Shown in pieces: positions 1 to 8,304 of a stretch of 20,000 nucleotides of DNA. A program made the translations under genes and the position numbers. This DNA comes from an uncultured virus (IMG/VR IMGVR_UViG_3300030426_000047) (taxonomy: Duplodnaviria; Heunggongvirae; Uroviricota; Caudoviricetes), in IMG/VR virus record IMGVR_UViG_3300030426_000047; one strand, 5' to 3'. Each line of letters starts with the position of its first letter. The stretch's first letter is position 1. The notes beneath the pieces were generated by a model that saw only the letters and a program-made list of their open reading frames with translations, was not told where the DNA came from and searched no databases.

Positions 1-443
1 GTCCTGGTGTGGGCCCGGACAAAGCTCACTCCGCCCGCCACCTTTTTCCGACCGGCTTTGATATCGCCCGCCGGGTTTTTCCTGCTGTGCGCCGGGATCT
101 TCGCCACCACCGTGCCGAAGGAAAACTTCTTGGCCCCATAATTATGGACGGCGGCATAGATCACATTGGTGCCGACAATGACCCGATCCCCGGCGATGGT
201 CGAGGTGATCGAGTTCTGCAGCCGGCCGCTCTTGCGCAGCGTCTGGCCGCGCTTGCCGGTTACCCGCTTTGAGGCCACCCATTTATTCGGCCTGCCACCC
301 GCCCTGAAGTTGTAGCGGATGGACTCCCGGGCGATCGCGCCGATGATGCGCAGTCCGTCCTTCTTGTTTGCGCCTCGCTGGACGATCTTGGTGCAGACCT
401 TCTGCAATTCGCGGTCATCTATTTTTATGCCTGGGCTGATCAT
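1..443 (-). CDS. Phage virion morphogenesis protein (Mu gpG-like), runs off the window edge
   Basis: Not in the ORF track. Manual translation from ATG at 443: MISPGIKIDDRELQKVCTKIVQRG...TLRKSGRLQNSITSTIAGDRVIVGTNVIYAAVHNYGAKK..., matching the L-x2-SGRL-x2-SI / VGTN-x2-YAA-x-H-x2-G pattern. Follows gpF as in Mu. Confidence 0.85.
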   Translation of the reverse strand, partial: MISPGIKIDDRELQKVCTKIVQRGANKKDGLRIIGAIARESIRYNFRAGGRPNKWVASKRVTGKRGQTLRKSGRLQNSITSTIAGDRVIVGTNVIYAAVHNYGAKKFSFGTVVAKIPAHSRKNPAGDIKAGRKKVAGGVSFVRAHTR

Positions 444-545
444 CGGAATGTGTGTTTAAAACATGTTTAATTTTTTCTGTGCTTGACGGACGCCCCTTAT
501 CCTGCACGACCAAGCGCACCCCCGGTAAATTCGCTTACAGGGCAT

Positions 546-1322
546 TTACGGCGTTTTCTTCTCCAAAAATTCTCCAAGTTCCGCCTCGACCAATTTAGCC
601 AGCTCCGGCGGGTAGTTTTTCAGCCGCTCGCGGATGATCTTTTCAGTGTTCTGCCACCAGTCCTTGCCCGGGTTGTTATCAAAACCCCTATCCGGGGTGA
701 CCTGCGCCGTCGCCCGCACCGCCCCGGTGCCGGTATTCACCAGCTCGGTTTCTCCGGTCGCGGGGTTCTCCGTGGCGAGATTCAAGCCCCTCGCCTGCAC
801 CTGGTCCTGTGTCAGACCTGACACCGAGCACCGACAGCCGTAGCCGTTGGGCGGATACCAGCTATTCCAGATCGGATGGTTGGCCGGATAGACCCTGCCG
901 TCCATGTCCCGGTGGGTTGGCCTGGTAACGCCGTCGTTAATGGCGTCATACATCCAGTAGGGCAGGACATCCGTTTCGGCCTGCAGCTGGTCATAGCGCC
1001 CGACGTTATAGGCGGTCTGGATATTGGTCTGGAAGATATTGGCCACCCGCCATGGGGTCTTGCCATGCCAGCCTCGCCGGGCAAAGATCTCTTCGCAATC
1101 CTCCCGAAACTGGGCAAAGCTGGTACCCTCGTCAATTGCCTGCTGCAGCGCCTGAAAAACCGTGTTCAGCTCATCGCCCTTGGCAATGCCCGAGACGGCG
1201 AAGGCCCGGCCCTTGACTTCATCGGCGAGAGCCTTGAACTCATCCGCTTCCAGCTGGACCTTGTCGCGCCAGAAGGCCTGTGCCCCATGCATGGGCAGTT
1301 TGAATGATTTATCAAGCGCCAT
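546..1322 (-). CDS. Head morphogenesis / minor head protein (Mu gpF, SPP1 gp7 family)
   Basis: Motifs IFQTNIQTAYNVGRY, YDAINDGVTRPTH, YPPNGYGCRCSV, GFDNNPG. Start placed at ATG 1322 (MALDK), overlapping the end of the portal gene. Confidence 0.92.
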   Translation of the reverse strand: MALDKSFKLPMHGAQAFWRDKVQLEADEFKALADEVKGRAFAVSGIAKGDELNTVFQALQQAIDEGTSFAQFREDCEEIFARRGWHGKTPWRVANIFQTNIQTAYNVGRYDQLQAETDVLPYWMYDAINDGVTRPTHRDMDGRVYPANHPIWNSWYPPNGYGCRCSVSGLTQDQVQARGLNLATENPATGETELVNTGTGAVRATAQVTPDRGFDNNPGKDWWQNTEKIIRERLKNYPPELAKLVEAELGEFLEKKTP

Positions 1323-2811
1323 CCTGCACCATCTTGCGGCCCAGCAGCTGGCCATTGATCATGGCGTTATCGAGCCCGATCTGCAGGCGGCTGACATCCA
1401 TCTGAGGATAAAAGGCCAGCAGCCCATCCATTGCCTCTTCATAGCTGTTTGCCGCCCGGACGATTTTCAAAATCTGTTTTTCATTTCCGGCAAGCGGGTC
1501 AGTGCCGGTCGAGGCCGCGCCCTGATCCTCCAGCGCCTGCTGTGCGGGCGAGAATATTTTCTTGCTCTCCACAATCGCCTTTTCGGCAAATTCAGGCGGA
1601 GCATAGCCGGTAACGGGCGTGATAACGGTAGGCCCACCCTCGGGCTCCGGCAGGTTGAAGGTTTTGTACCAATAGTCGGGAGCCACCTTGACGCCGATCT
1701 TGCCGACCAGGATCGCATCGCGTTCGGCCAGCTCTTTCAAGACCGACTCTTTTTCGGTGATATAGCCGAACTTCGGATAGTCGATGACTCCGGCAAAATT
1801 GTAGTCGACCAGCCACTTGATCAGCGTCTCGTTGAAACACTCGGCGAGCATCCCGGCATCCGCCTCTTTGATATCCTGGCGTACCCCATCGTGGGTCTGA
1901 GAGGCCCCATACGAACCGCCGCTGGATGACATTTCAGTGGTCAGCGTCTGGCCGAGGACAGCCTTGCTGATCTGCCGGTCCATGTAGTCGCAGAGCGATT
2001 CATACGTGACAGTGCCGCCGCGCGACGCCTCCATCAACTCGACTACCATCGTGTCCGGAATGATGATGCCGGTTTCGGAATGGATGGCCGCGACCGCGTC
2101 TTTTAAAGTCTTCTTGTCGGCATCCTTGGCACCGGCAGGATACTTGCCGACACCTGTGGGCATGCCGAATTTTTCCAGGAAGATGAGCCAGAACCGAATG
2201 CCCTGTTTTTTAAACCACACCGGCCACCACAGGCGCTGGCCCAGGGCCTTGCCGTAAGGGTTGTCGCTTGAGCCGTACGAGAAGACGATAAACTTGCGCT
2301 CCGGTACCGCCTCACCCTCGCGGGGCTGGGCCTTGGTCAGCATCCGCAGTTCACGCGCCTTGGAAAAGCCGAAGCGCCTGGGGTGCTTGGCCAGGATCCT
2401 GGCCGGGACAATTTTCTTATCCAGTTCCACCCACATGATCTCACCGACATAGTAGCCGTACAGGATGCCCTGCAGCAGCTCCTGGGCCGCTTGCAGCAGG
2501 TTGCAGTTTTTTAATACCTTGGTGACGTAAGCGGCGATCTCCCGAGAACGATCGTCATCGGCGCCGGGAGTGACTTCCCATTTCTCACCGGCAACGGCCA
2601 GGTACCTGGTCTGCAGGACCGAGCCGGAATGCGCATCACGATCGACCTCGTCATAGAGCTTCAGCCCTTTGCCTTTCGATTCAGTCAGGACCGTGCTGTC
2701 CGGGTTGTCGAGGAAATAGCCCTCGGTAATGTCGATGTCCTTGGTGATGACCGCGATTTCGTCGGCTATCGGCACCGCGCCCCGGGTTTGCTGTTGCGTT
2801 GTTTCTGCCAT
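1312..2811 (-). CDS. Portal protein (Mu gp29 / DUF935 family)
   Basis: Motifs DAHSGSVLQTR, NPYGKALG, FLEKFGMP, ISKAVLGQTLTT; directly after terL. Start placed at ATG 2811 (MAETT), just after the terL stop. Confidence 0.93.
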   Translation of the reverse strand: MAETTQQQTRGAVPIADEIAVITKDIDITEGYFLDNPDSTVLTESKGKGLKLYDEVDRDAHSGSVLQTRYLAVAGEKWEVTPGADDDRSREIAAYVTKVLKNCNLLQAAQELLQGILYGYYVGEIMWVELDKKIVPARILAKHPRRFGFSKARELRMLTKAQPREGEAVPERKFIVFSYGSSDNPYGKALGQRLWWPVWFKKQGIRFWLIFLEKFGMPTGVGKYPAGAKDADKKTLKDAVAAIHSETGIIIPDTMVVELMEASRGGTVTYESLCDYMDRQISKAVLGQTLTTEMSSSGGSYGASQTHDGVRQDIKEADAGMLAECFNETLIKWLVDYNFAGVIDYPKFGYITEKESVLKELAERDAILVGKIGVKVAPDYWYKTFNLPEPEGGPTVITPVTGYAPPEFAEKAIVESKKIFSPAQQALEDQGAASTGTDPLAGNEKQILKIVRAANSYEEAMDGLLAFYPQMDVSRLQIGLDNAMINGQLLGRKMVQDGA

Positions 2812-2813
2812 AT

Positions 2814-4313
2814 TTACCGCCCCATGAACCCGGACATATCGAAGCTTGCGCACCGTCTGCCGGTTGATTCGAATTCAATTAACTTTTCCCCGCCTTCCTG
2901 CCTAATGGCAAAGTCCGCCATCGCCCCGGCTATTCCGGAGTCTCCGTGTCGCTTGGTATTATCCTGTCCGGTGTTTTTGGTTGCAGGAAGCTTGGCTACC
3001 CCGTTGATGACTTTGAAGGCCCGGTGATCCTCGATCACGTCTGCGTCTTTTGGCAGCAGGATTGACTTATCTTCAAAGGCTGCTTTGTACTTCGGCATAT
3101 TTTCCCGGTACCAGGCTTCCGACAGCATCACCTGGGATATCTTTTCGATGCCGTATTTCTGCATGGCGACTTCAGCCAGGTATTGACCGTTGCCGCGAGC
3201 ATCGAGTGCGCCATGGTGAAACTTGGGCAAGTGGTCGATGATGAAAAACAGGATCTGGCGTTGCTGATGGAAAGGCATATTGCGCAGTTCGAGCAAGAAG
3301 ACCGCCCGCCAGGTTGCCCCCTGGGTTTCCTGCAGGGGCAGGATAACGGTCAGATCGCCGGTTCTGGCAAAATCCTCGCCGAAGACGGTCTGCCGGTTTG
3401 GGTCGAGTCCTGCCAGCAAAGGCTCCAACACATCTTCGCACCAGGCTTCGATAACACTGCTCCGATGCTCTTCACTCATTTCGTTGAACTCGTCGGTCTG
3501 GCCGTAGCGGATGACCGGGATCTCATCCGACATACATCCCTCGATCATGGTGCGGGCAAGGTATGTGCCTGAGCCTTGAGCAGGTATGCAAAAAAGTTCC
3601 TCCTGGGCGTCATCGCCGTAGGAGGTAACAATCTCCGCCCGCCAGGCCTTTTGTGCCTCCTCGCTCCACACGCTCTTTTTGCGCATGCAGATCCGCTTGT
3701 ATAAACCCTCGTTTAAAGCGTCATCGAAATCGATTCGATGCAGGCTGTATGGCTTGCGCCCGGCGCGGATATCATTCACCAGCTCGTTAAAGGGATTTGT
3801 GTCACCATCATGGGTAGAGATGATCCTGACCTGGCCACCCCACATGAGAAGAGCCAGCGCTGCTTTCAACAGCTCGGCAAGGTTGTCGTGGAATGCTGCC
3901 TCATCGATTATGACCCGACCCTGCTTGCCGCGCAGGTTGTTCGGGCGGCTGGAAAGGGCGACGATCCGATTGCCGGAGGCGAAGGTGATCCGGAAAATCA
4001 GGATGTCCTTGTCTTCATCTTTCAGCACCGACTCCTCGACGGCACCGGCAGCGAATTGATAGTGTTTGGCCCAGGCCGCGCAGTCGTTGATGAACTCTTC
4101 GGCCATGTCCTTGTTGTAGCCGATATACCAGACGTCATCACCGGCGGCGGATGCGGCATAGAGCGTATTGTCAGCGGCCTCGGACCAGGACAAACCGATC
4201 CGCCGCGACTTCTCGCATACCTTGACCGTGGCATTGTCTGCTGCCCACCGTTGCTGATATGGCAGCAGGACGGCCGGGGTCCGGTCTTTTATGCGCGCGC
4301 CGATTTCCATCAT
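2814..4313 (-). CDS. terL: Terminase large subunit (Mu gp28-like)
   Basis: LLPYQ Q-motif, Walker A-like KSRRIGLSW, Walker B VIIDEAAF, coupling motif ISTH, nuclease acidic motifs GEDFARTGD and HGDSGIA. Confidence 0.95.
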   Translation of the reverse strand: MMEIGARIKDRTPAVLLPYQQRWAADNATVKVCEKSRRIGLSWSEAADNTLYAASAAGDDVWYIGYNKDMAEEFINDCAAWAKHYQFAAGAVEESVLKDEDKDILIFRITFASGNRIVALSSRPNNLRGKQGRVIIDEAAFHDNLAELLKAALALLMWGGQVRIISTHDGDTNPFNELVNDIRAGRKPYSLHRIDFDDALNEGLYKRICMRKKSVWSEEAQKAWRAEIVTSYGDDAQEELFCIPAQGSGTYLARTMIEGCMSDEIPVIRYGQTDEFNEMSEEHRSSVIEAWCEDVLEPLLAGLDPNRQTVFGEDFARTGDLTVILPLQETQGATWRAVFLLELRNMPFHQQRQILFFIIDHLPKFHHGALDARGNGQYLAEVAMQKYGIEKISQVMLSEAWYRENMPKYKAAFEDKSILLPKDADVIEDHRAFKVINGVAKLPATKNTGQDNTKRHGDSGIAGAMADFAIRQEGGEKLIEFESTGRRCASFDMSGFMGR

Positions 4314-4753
4314 TCACCTATGCCCAGGATACGCCTGCGAATGTCGTCAACCGTAGCATCGGACAGCCCGCCTTTTTCTTTCTTGATCTCGGTGACAACT
4401 TCTTCGGCCACCCTGTGCGCCTTCTCCATTTTGTCCCAGCGCTCGAGCAGCGCGCCCATTTTGGCTAATGCGTCCATCTTCTGGGCGGTGCGATTCTCGG
4501 GAGTACATTCCTCCAGGTGAGCAAGCTGATCTTCAAAGAGATCACGCAGCCGTTGGATGTTGCCGCGCTTCTGGCTCCTCGCCCGGTCCCACTCGTCCAT
4601 GGTCTGGTTCGGGTCTTTGCTATCCGCCTTCCACCGGGCAAGGCTCGTTACCGAGACGCCCAGCTGCTCGCCGATCGCCGACAGGTTATGGCCGTCCGCA
4701 TATAGCCGCTGCGCCTGGTGACCGAGCACCGCCTTGTCGCCTTTAGTTGCCAA
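4310..4753 (-). CDS. Putative terminase small subunit (DUF1804 / Mu gp27-like HTH protein)
   Basis: N-terminal HTH (AQRLYADGHNLSAIGEQLGVSVTSLARWK...EWDRAR), C-terminal GLSDATVDDIRRRILGI; immediately upstream of and overlapping terL. TTG start at 4753 inferred from an upstream GGAG. Confidence 0.75.
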   Translation of the reverse strand: MATKGDKAVLGHQAQRLYADGHNLSAIGEQLGVSVTSLARWKADSKDPNQTMDEWDRARSQKRGNIQRLRDLFEDQLAHLEECTPENRTAQKMDALAKMGALLERWDKMEKAHRVAEEVVTEIKKEKGGLSDATVDDIRRRILGIGE

Positions 4754-4991
4754 GGGCTTTCTCCAGTGAGTGGATCTGGGTGTTGACCGAGAGCAGGTCC
4801 GCCTGGACCATGACCAGCTCATCCATCTGCTGTGCGGCCAAAGCAATCTCCATGTCCTCGATCTCCAGCAGGTGCGGGTTGATTGCCGGAGCTATCGACC
4901 GGCACAGTCCCTTGCCTTTCATCTGCAGCTGGGTGCGCTTGGCCTTGAGGCCTGCCAGCTTGCCCTGCATCATCAACCTTTCATGACTCAT
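4743..4991 (-). CDS. Hypothetical coiled-coil phage protein (82 aa)
   Basis: ATG at 4991 (MSHERLMMQGKL...) overlaps both neighbours, as in a translationally coupled operon; heptad-like helical sequence. Confidence 0.7.
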   Translation of the reverse strand: MSHERLMMQGKLAGLKAKRTQLQMKGKGLCRSIAPAINPHLLEIEDMEIALAAQQMDELVMVQADLLSVNTQIHSLEKALGN

Positions 4992-5349
4992 CTTGGATAT
5001 CCTTTGGCTTTGCGTTTTTGCGGATGAGTGGGCAGTGCATATTCCCCTCGATAGCCGAGCGCAGCGCCTGCACTTCGGCGGCGGCCCAGACCACCGTTTC
5101 GCGATCGTCTTTCGCCATTTCCCTGTAATTTCCGGCCAAGTCTTTAATCCCTTCAACCTGGGCAAAATTGTTGTTGTACATTGTCACCACTGCCTCGAAT
5201 CGCCTATGCTGGAAAATTGAGATAATGACCAGCACAAGCCAAGGGCCGAGCAACACCCCAAGGCAGAGCGTCATGATCGGCGTTGTGCCGGTGACGCCTA
5301 CCAGGGTAGATAGTGAGTTTAAAAGGGCGGTGATCTCTGCCGGTGACAC
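4981..5349 (-). CDS. Hypothetical membrane protein
   Basis: GTG start at 5349 (TAGTG overlap with the TraR stop) with GGAGGAG RBS; hydrophobic segment IMTLCLGVLLGPWLVLVIISIF. Confidence 0.7.
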   Translation of the reverse strand: MSPAEITALLNSLSTLVGVTGTTPIMTLCLGVLLGPWLVLVIISIFQHRRFEAVVTMYNNNFAQVEGIKDLAGNYREMAKDDRETVVWAAAEVQALRSAIEGNMHCPLIRKNAKPKDIQDES

Positions 5350-5567
5350 TATCGTCTCCTCCTTTCGATTTCCTCTAGCTTTGTGGCACAATCAACACAG
5401 TGGCTGACTCCCGGCAAAAACGTTCGACGTGCTTCGGGGATCTCGTCACCGCAATCGATACAGTTTGTCCTGGACACTCCGGAAAAACCCGCAACCCGTG
5501 CCTGCAGGGACAACGCCTGTTTTAGAAACTGGGCATCCAACTCCTGAGCCTGGTCGAACTGATCCAT
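5349..5567 (-). CDS. TraR/DksA C4-type zinc finger protein
   Basis: MDQFDQAQE N-terminal DxxDxA motif and CIDCGDEIPEARR...PGVSHCVDCA. Confidence 0.93.
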   Translation of the reverse strand: MDQFDQAQELDAQFLKQALSLQARVAGFSGVSRTNCIDCGDEIPEARRTFLPGVSHCVDCATKLEEIERRRR

Positions 5568-5723
5568 TTATTGTTTCGCCTTCTCGATCTTGTGGCCGAT
5601 ACCGATCAAGGCCAGCGCCGCTGTCAGCTGTTGCATTCCGGTGGCGGTGTCACCGTTCATCAAACTCACCACGCCAAGACCGGCCGTACACGCGGCGGCA
5701 AGCCAGGTTTTCCATCCCTTCAT
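5568..5723 (-). CDS. Small two-TM membrane protein, putative holin (51 aa)
   Basis: MKGWKTWLAAACTAGLGVVSLMNGDTATGMQQLTAALALIGIGHKIEKAKQ: two hydrophobic helices and a basic C-tail; ATGA overlap with the endolysin stop. Confidence 0.6.
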   Translation of the reverse strand: MKGWKTWLAAACTAGLGVVSLMNGDTATGMQQLTAALALIGIGHKIEKAKQ

Positions 5724-6247
5724 GCTGTCTTCTCCCTGGTTGTGAGCTGCTCGTAAAGCCGCTCGATTTTTGCTACATAGTCGATGGTTTCCTTCGAATG
5801 ACGGCCGGTCACTTCCGGCAGGGCCATGGTGATGGACTGCCATTTGTCGGAGGGCAGATTGGCAAGTGTGGCAATCTTCTGAGCTTTGATGATATGACCA
5901 GGCCCGGCGTTATAGCTGCCGAGCATGAAGCGGATCCGCTCGATGCCGTCTTCCTTCTTCCAGATATTCCAGCACTGCCGATCGTAGGCGATGCCGAACC
6001 GAATGTTGTTATGAGGCAGTGGGGAAGGAACGGTGCCGAGCTTTTTAGCCATGTCTGACTCAGTACCCGGCATCAGCTGCATGATACCGAACGCCCCCAC
6101 CGGGGAGACCGCTTCCGGATTAAGTGACGATTCGGCGATACCCTGGGCCTTGAACCACTGCCACGGCAAGATTTGATAAAAGAACTCCAGGGCAGACACC
6201 TGGAAGTAGCGGTCGTAAATGTTTGGATATGTGCGTTGTCCCTTCAC
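5720..6247 (-). CDS. Lytic transglycosylase (SLT domain) endolysin
   Basis: Catalytic IAESS, AVSPVGAFGIMQLMPGT, SYNAGPG and ETIDYV motifs. GTG start at 6247 is inferred. Confidence 0.92.
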   Translation of the reverse strand: MKGQRTYPNIYDRYFQVSALEFFYQILPWQWFKAQGIAESSLNPEAVSPVGAFGIMQLMPGTESDMAKKLGTVPSPLPHNNIRFGIAYDRQCWNIWKKEDGIERIRFMLGSYNAGPGHIIKAQKIATLANLPSDKWQSITMALPEVTGRHSKETIDYVAKIERLYEQLTTREKTA

Positions 6248-6343
6248 GCTTCCCCCATTGTCCTTGAACTGTGAACCAGGCAGCCGGAGCGGTCCAGGTT
6301 TGGACCACCCCGGCAACCAGGCGGAGATCAGAATGTCTGTGGT

Positions 6344-6391
6344 AACTTATAGGGGATTACGGGAGAGGCGGGTCAGTCTGAATTACTTCAG
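6344..6391 (-). promoter_or_regulatory. Putative Mor-activated late promoter
   Basis: Dyad CTGAA-TTAC-TTCAG (6378-6391) centred ~33 bp upstream of a -10-like TATAAG (6351-6346, - strand), with no good -35; lies between mor and the first late gene. Confidence 0.5.
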
Positions 6392-6413
6392 GAGTTTTAA
6401 AGCGGGGAAGGAA

Positions 6414-6434
6414 GGGGTGGTGTTTGGCCACCCC
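6414..6434 (-). terminator. Possible terminator hairpin after mor
   Basis: GGGGTGG-N7-CCACCCC stem 16 nt past the mor stop, followed on the - strand by pyrimidine-rich TTCCTT (weak U-tract). Confidence 0.4.
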
Positions 6435-6450
6435 ATCTGGAAGGAATTTG

Positions 6451-6771
6451 TTAAAACAGTTTCATCTGACGATCCTCGCCCGGCTGCTGCCCGAGGATCG
6501 TGTAGACATGGCGCTCGCTGAGGTTGTACTTGCGGGCCAGCTCGGTAACGGAAATGCCGCCGCGATCGTATCGCGCCCGGAGCTGCTTATCCCGCCAGCG
6601 GTTCAAATGCCGCTTGTGGCCGAAAAAGCAGGCGGTTGTACCGTTGAATAGCTCCGAGATCTCCAGCGCCGTCCGCACTCCGACCTTTTCCGCCAGCATC
6701 CGCAGATCGCCGTTCAGCTCATCAATTTCGGGCAGGCAGTCATCCGGCAGATCGTCAATCGAGTAGCTCAT
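6451..6771 (-). CDS. mor: Mor/C-family transcription activator
   Basis: LAEKVGVRTALEISELFNGTTACF, RDKQL, and C-terminal HTH SVTELARKYNLSERHVYTIL; last early/middle gene, after gemA. Confidence 0.9.
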   Translation of the reverse strand: MSYSIDDLPDDCLPEIDELNGDLRMLAEKVGVRTALEISELFNGTTACFFGHKRHLNRWRDKQLRARYDRGGISVTELARKYNLSERHVYTILGQQPGEDRQMKLF

Positions 6772-7202
6772 CTCAATTCCCTCTCAGTAAAATCCACGCC
6801 TTCACGAAGCCCCCAGGCTTTCAGGCTTTCGATCAGGATGTGGCAATCGGCACCATCGCACCATTTGAGGTTGTCGATGTGGGTCACTCGTTTAACATAC
6901 GCCTGCAGGGCGCGATCGGATGAATTGCGGATAACCTTTGCCTTTGCCATGGTGATCCACATGGCTACGATCTTCCGATGCTGAGGGTCATCGTATTTTG
7001 GCGACATCTTTTTTGATGACCGCGCCTTCCAGCCCTTAGCCTTGAAGATTTCGAGCAACTTGTCGGCTTGAAATGGAGAAAGGTTTGACGAAGATTTGAC
7101 CTTGAAATTGAAGCTGAGAATATCCCGGTAAATCTCGTCGGTGATGCCGAGTTCCTTCTTGGCGATATGGATCTTTTGACGCTGAGCTGTTGTCGGCGGC
7201 AT
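6768..7202 (-). CDS. gemA: GemA-like regulatory protein (Mu gp16 / DUF1018)
   Basis: KIHIAKKELGITDEIYRDIL, KIVAMW, SDRALQAYVKR, LIESLKAW; directly upstream of mor. Confidence 0.9.
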   Translation of the reverse strand: MPPTTAQRQKIHIAKKELGITDEIYRDILSFNFKVKSSSNLSPFQADKLLEIFKAKGWKARSSKKMSPKYDDPQHRKIVAMWITMAKAKVIRNSSDRALQAYVKRVTHIDNLKWCDGADCHILIESLKAWGLREGVDFTERELR

Positions 7203-7333
7203 TATTTGGTCACCTCCTGAACGGTCGACACATCGTCAGTCCATTGCATTGCACCGCCAAGAAGTTGAGCCGAGCAAGCAGGGCAGAGACTCTCATCGAT
7301 CACTGCAACAGCTCCGCAGCCGCCGCACTTCAT
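7202..7333 (-). CDS. Zinc-ribbon microprotein (43 aa)
   Basis: Not in the ORF track. MKCGGCGAVAVIDESLCPACSAQLLGGAMQWTDDVSTVQEVTK*; ATGA overlap upstream and TAATG overlap with gemA; two CxxC motifs. Confidence 0.7.
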   Translation of the reverse strand: MKCGGCGAVAVIDESLCPACSAQLLGGAMQWTDDVSTVQEVTK

Positions 7334-7875
7334 TTCATCCGATTTACTTTCCATTCTTCCATTTCCTCATCGGTCGGTTTGGTATCCCGCAAGCCTTGGA
7401 CATATTGATCCAGCGGATTCGAGATGGCTGTCGGTACCCGGTTGTTATTGGCGGTTCGGCTGACCGGCCCCTTGTTTCGTTCGGCCTGGGAATCGGCCTG
7501 ATCGGCCATATCCCAGGCGATCGATTTCAGATAATTATGATTCGGCATCGGTAAAGTTAGACGGAAACGCTGCTCGACCATCTTCTCAATTGCCTGCACC
7601 CAGATCCTGGGCGGGCACGGACGAGCGACCTTATGATCGATCTCGACATGACCGGCGGCAACCAGCTGCTTAATTTCAGTCAGCAGCCTGGTTGCCTTTT
7701 TGGTCTGCATGGCCCGACCAGCCACAGGCCGGAAAAGGCTGAGGTAATGGAAGACTACAGGCTGAATTTCCTTCGGCAGATCGACCAGGACACCGCAGAG
7801 CTGCCGGTGTTCGGTCTCGGAGAGGAACCATTCGATCGGTGCGACGGTCCCGCATGTTTGGCATGTTCCGTTCAT
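7330..7875 (-). CDS. Conserved Mu-like prophage protein with N-terminal CxxC
   Basis: Start placed at ATG 7875 (MNGTCQTCG...); YLSLFRP and LPMPNHNYL motifs resemble an early-region family of Mu-like prophages. Confidence 0.75.
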   Translation of the reverse strand: MNGTCQTCGTVAPIEWFLSETEHRQLCGVLVDLPKEIQPVVFHYLSLFRPVAGRAMQTKKATRLLTEIKQLVAAGHVEIDHKVARPCPPRIWVQAIEKMVEQRFRLTLPMPNHNYLKSIAWDMADQADSQAERNKGPVSRTANNNRVPTAISNPLDQYVQGLRDTKPTDEEMEEWKVNRMK

Positions 7876-8045
7876 ATCTTTTTCCACTGGCAGATTTTTC
7901 CGGTACGCCAATCCTTGCACCAGTCTCCTCTTGCCTTGCGGCACCATTCCACAGGACAGCCTGATCCTGCTGGGTAAGCGATACAGCCTGGGAGTTCGAC
8001 GGGTACGTCTCTCCCTGGCTTTTGTTTTGTCTCTTCTTTCACCAT
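7872..8045 (-). CDS. Cys/Trp-rich microprotein (57 aa)
   Basis: Not in the ORF track. MVKEETKQKPGRDVPVELPGCIAYPAGSGCPVEWCRKARGDWCKDWRTGKICQWKKI*; GGAGG RBS, TGATG overlap upstream and ATGA overlap downstream. Confidence 0.7.
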   Translation of the reverse strand: MVKEETKQKPGRDVPVELPGCIAYPAGSGCPVEWCRKARGDWCKDWRTGKICQWKKI

Positions 8046-8287
8046 CACTTACCTCCATTCTCTTGGTGCAACCGGCAATTTTTGGCAATCTCTTGGTCGC
8101 TCAAGACGACGGTACCGTCATCGTCAGGGCCATTCAGCCCGGCAAACGCATCACCCCTGACATAGTTTCTCGCAGGCCTGCCGCTTTGCCTCGGATCCCG
8201 TTTAAGGAATTCAACGACATACTCCTGACCGCCGATATTGCTAAACAGAATCATTTTCGATCCTGGCCTTATTCGATTAGCTTTCAC
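8045..8287 (-). CDS. Hypothetical phage protein (80 aa)
   Basis: GTG start at 8287 behind GGAGGG (VKANRIRPGSK...); directly downstream of the hammerhead ribozyme. Confidence 0.65.
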   Translation of the reverse strand: MKANRIRPGSKMILFSNIGGQEYVVEFLKRDPRQSGRPARNYVRGDAFAGLNGPDDDGTVVLSDQEIAKNCRLHQENGGK

Positions 8288-8304
8288 CTCAAACCCTCCG
8301 TTCA

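Noticed and set aside
7330..8088. 252-aa ORF as given in the track
   Set aside because: The first 71 codons overlap a better-supported coupled 57-aa ORF; the true start is more likely ATG 7875. Similar over-extended starts were trimmed for gpF, portal, terS, holin and endolysin.
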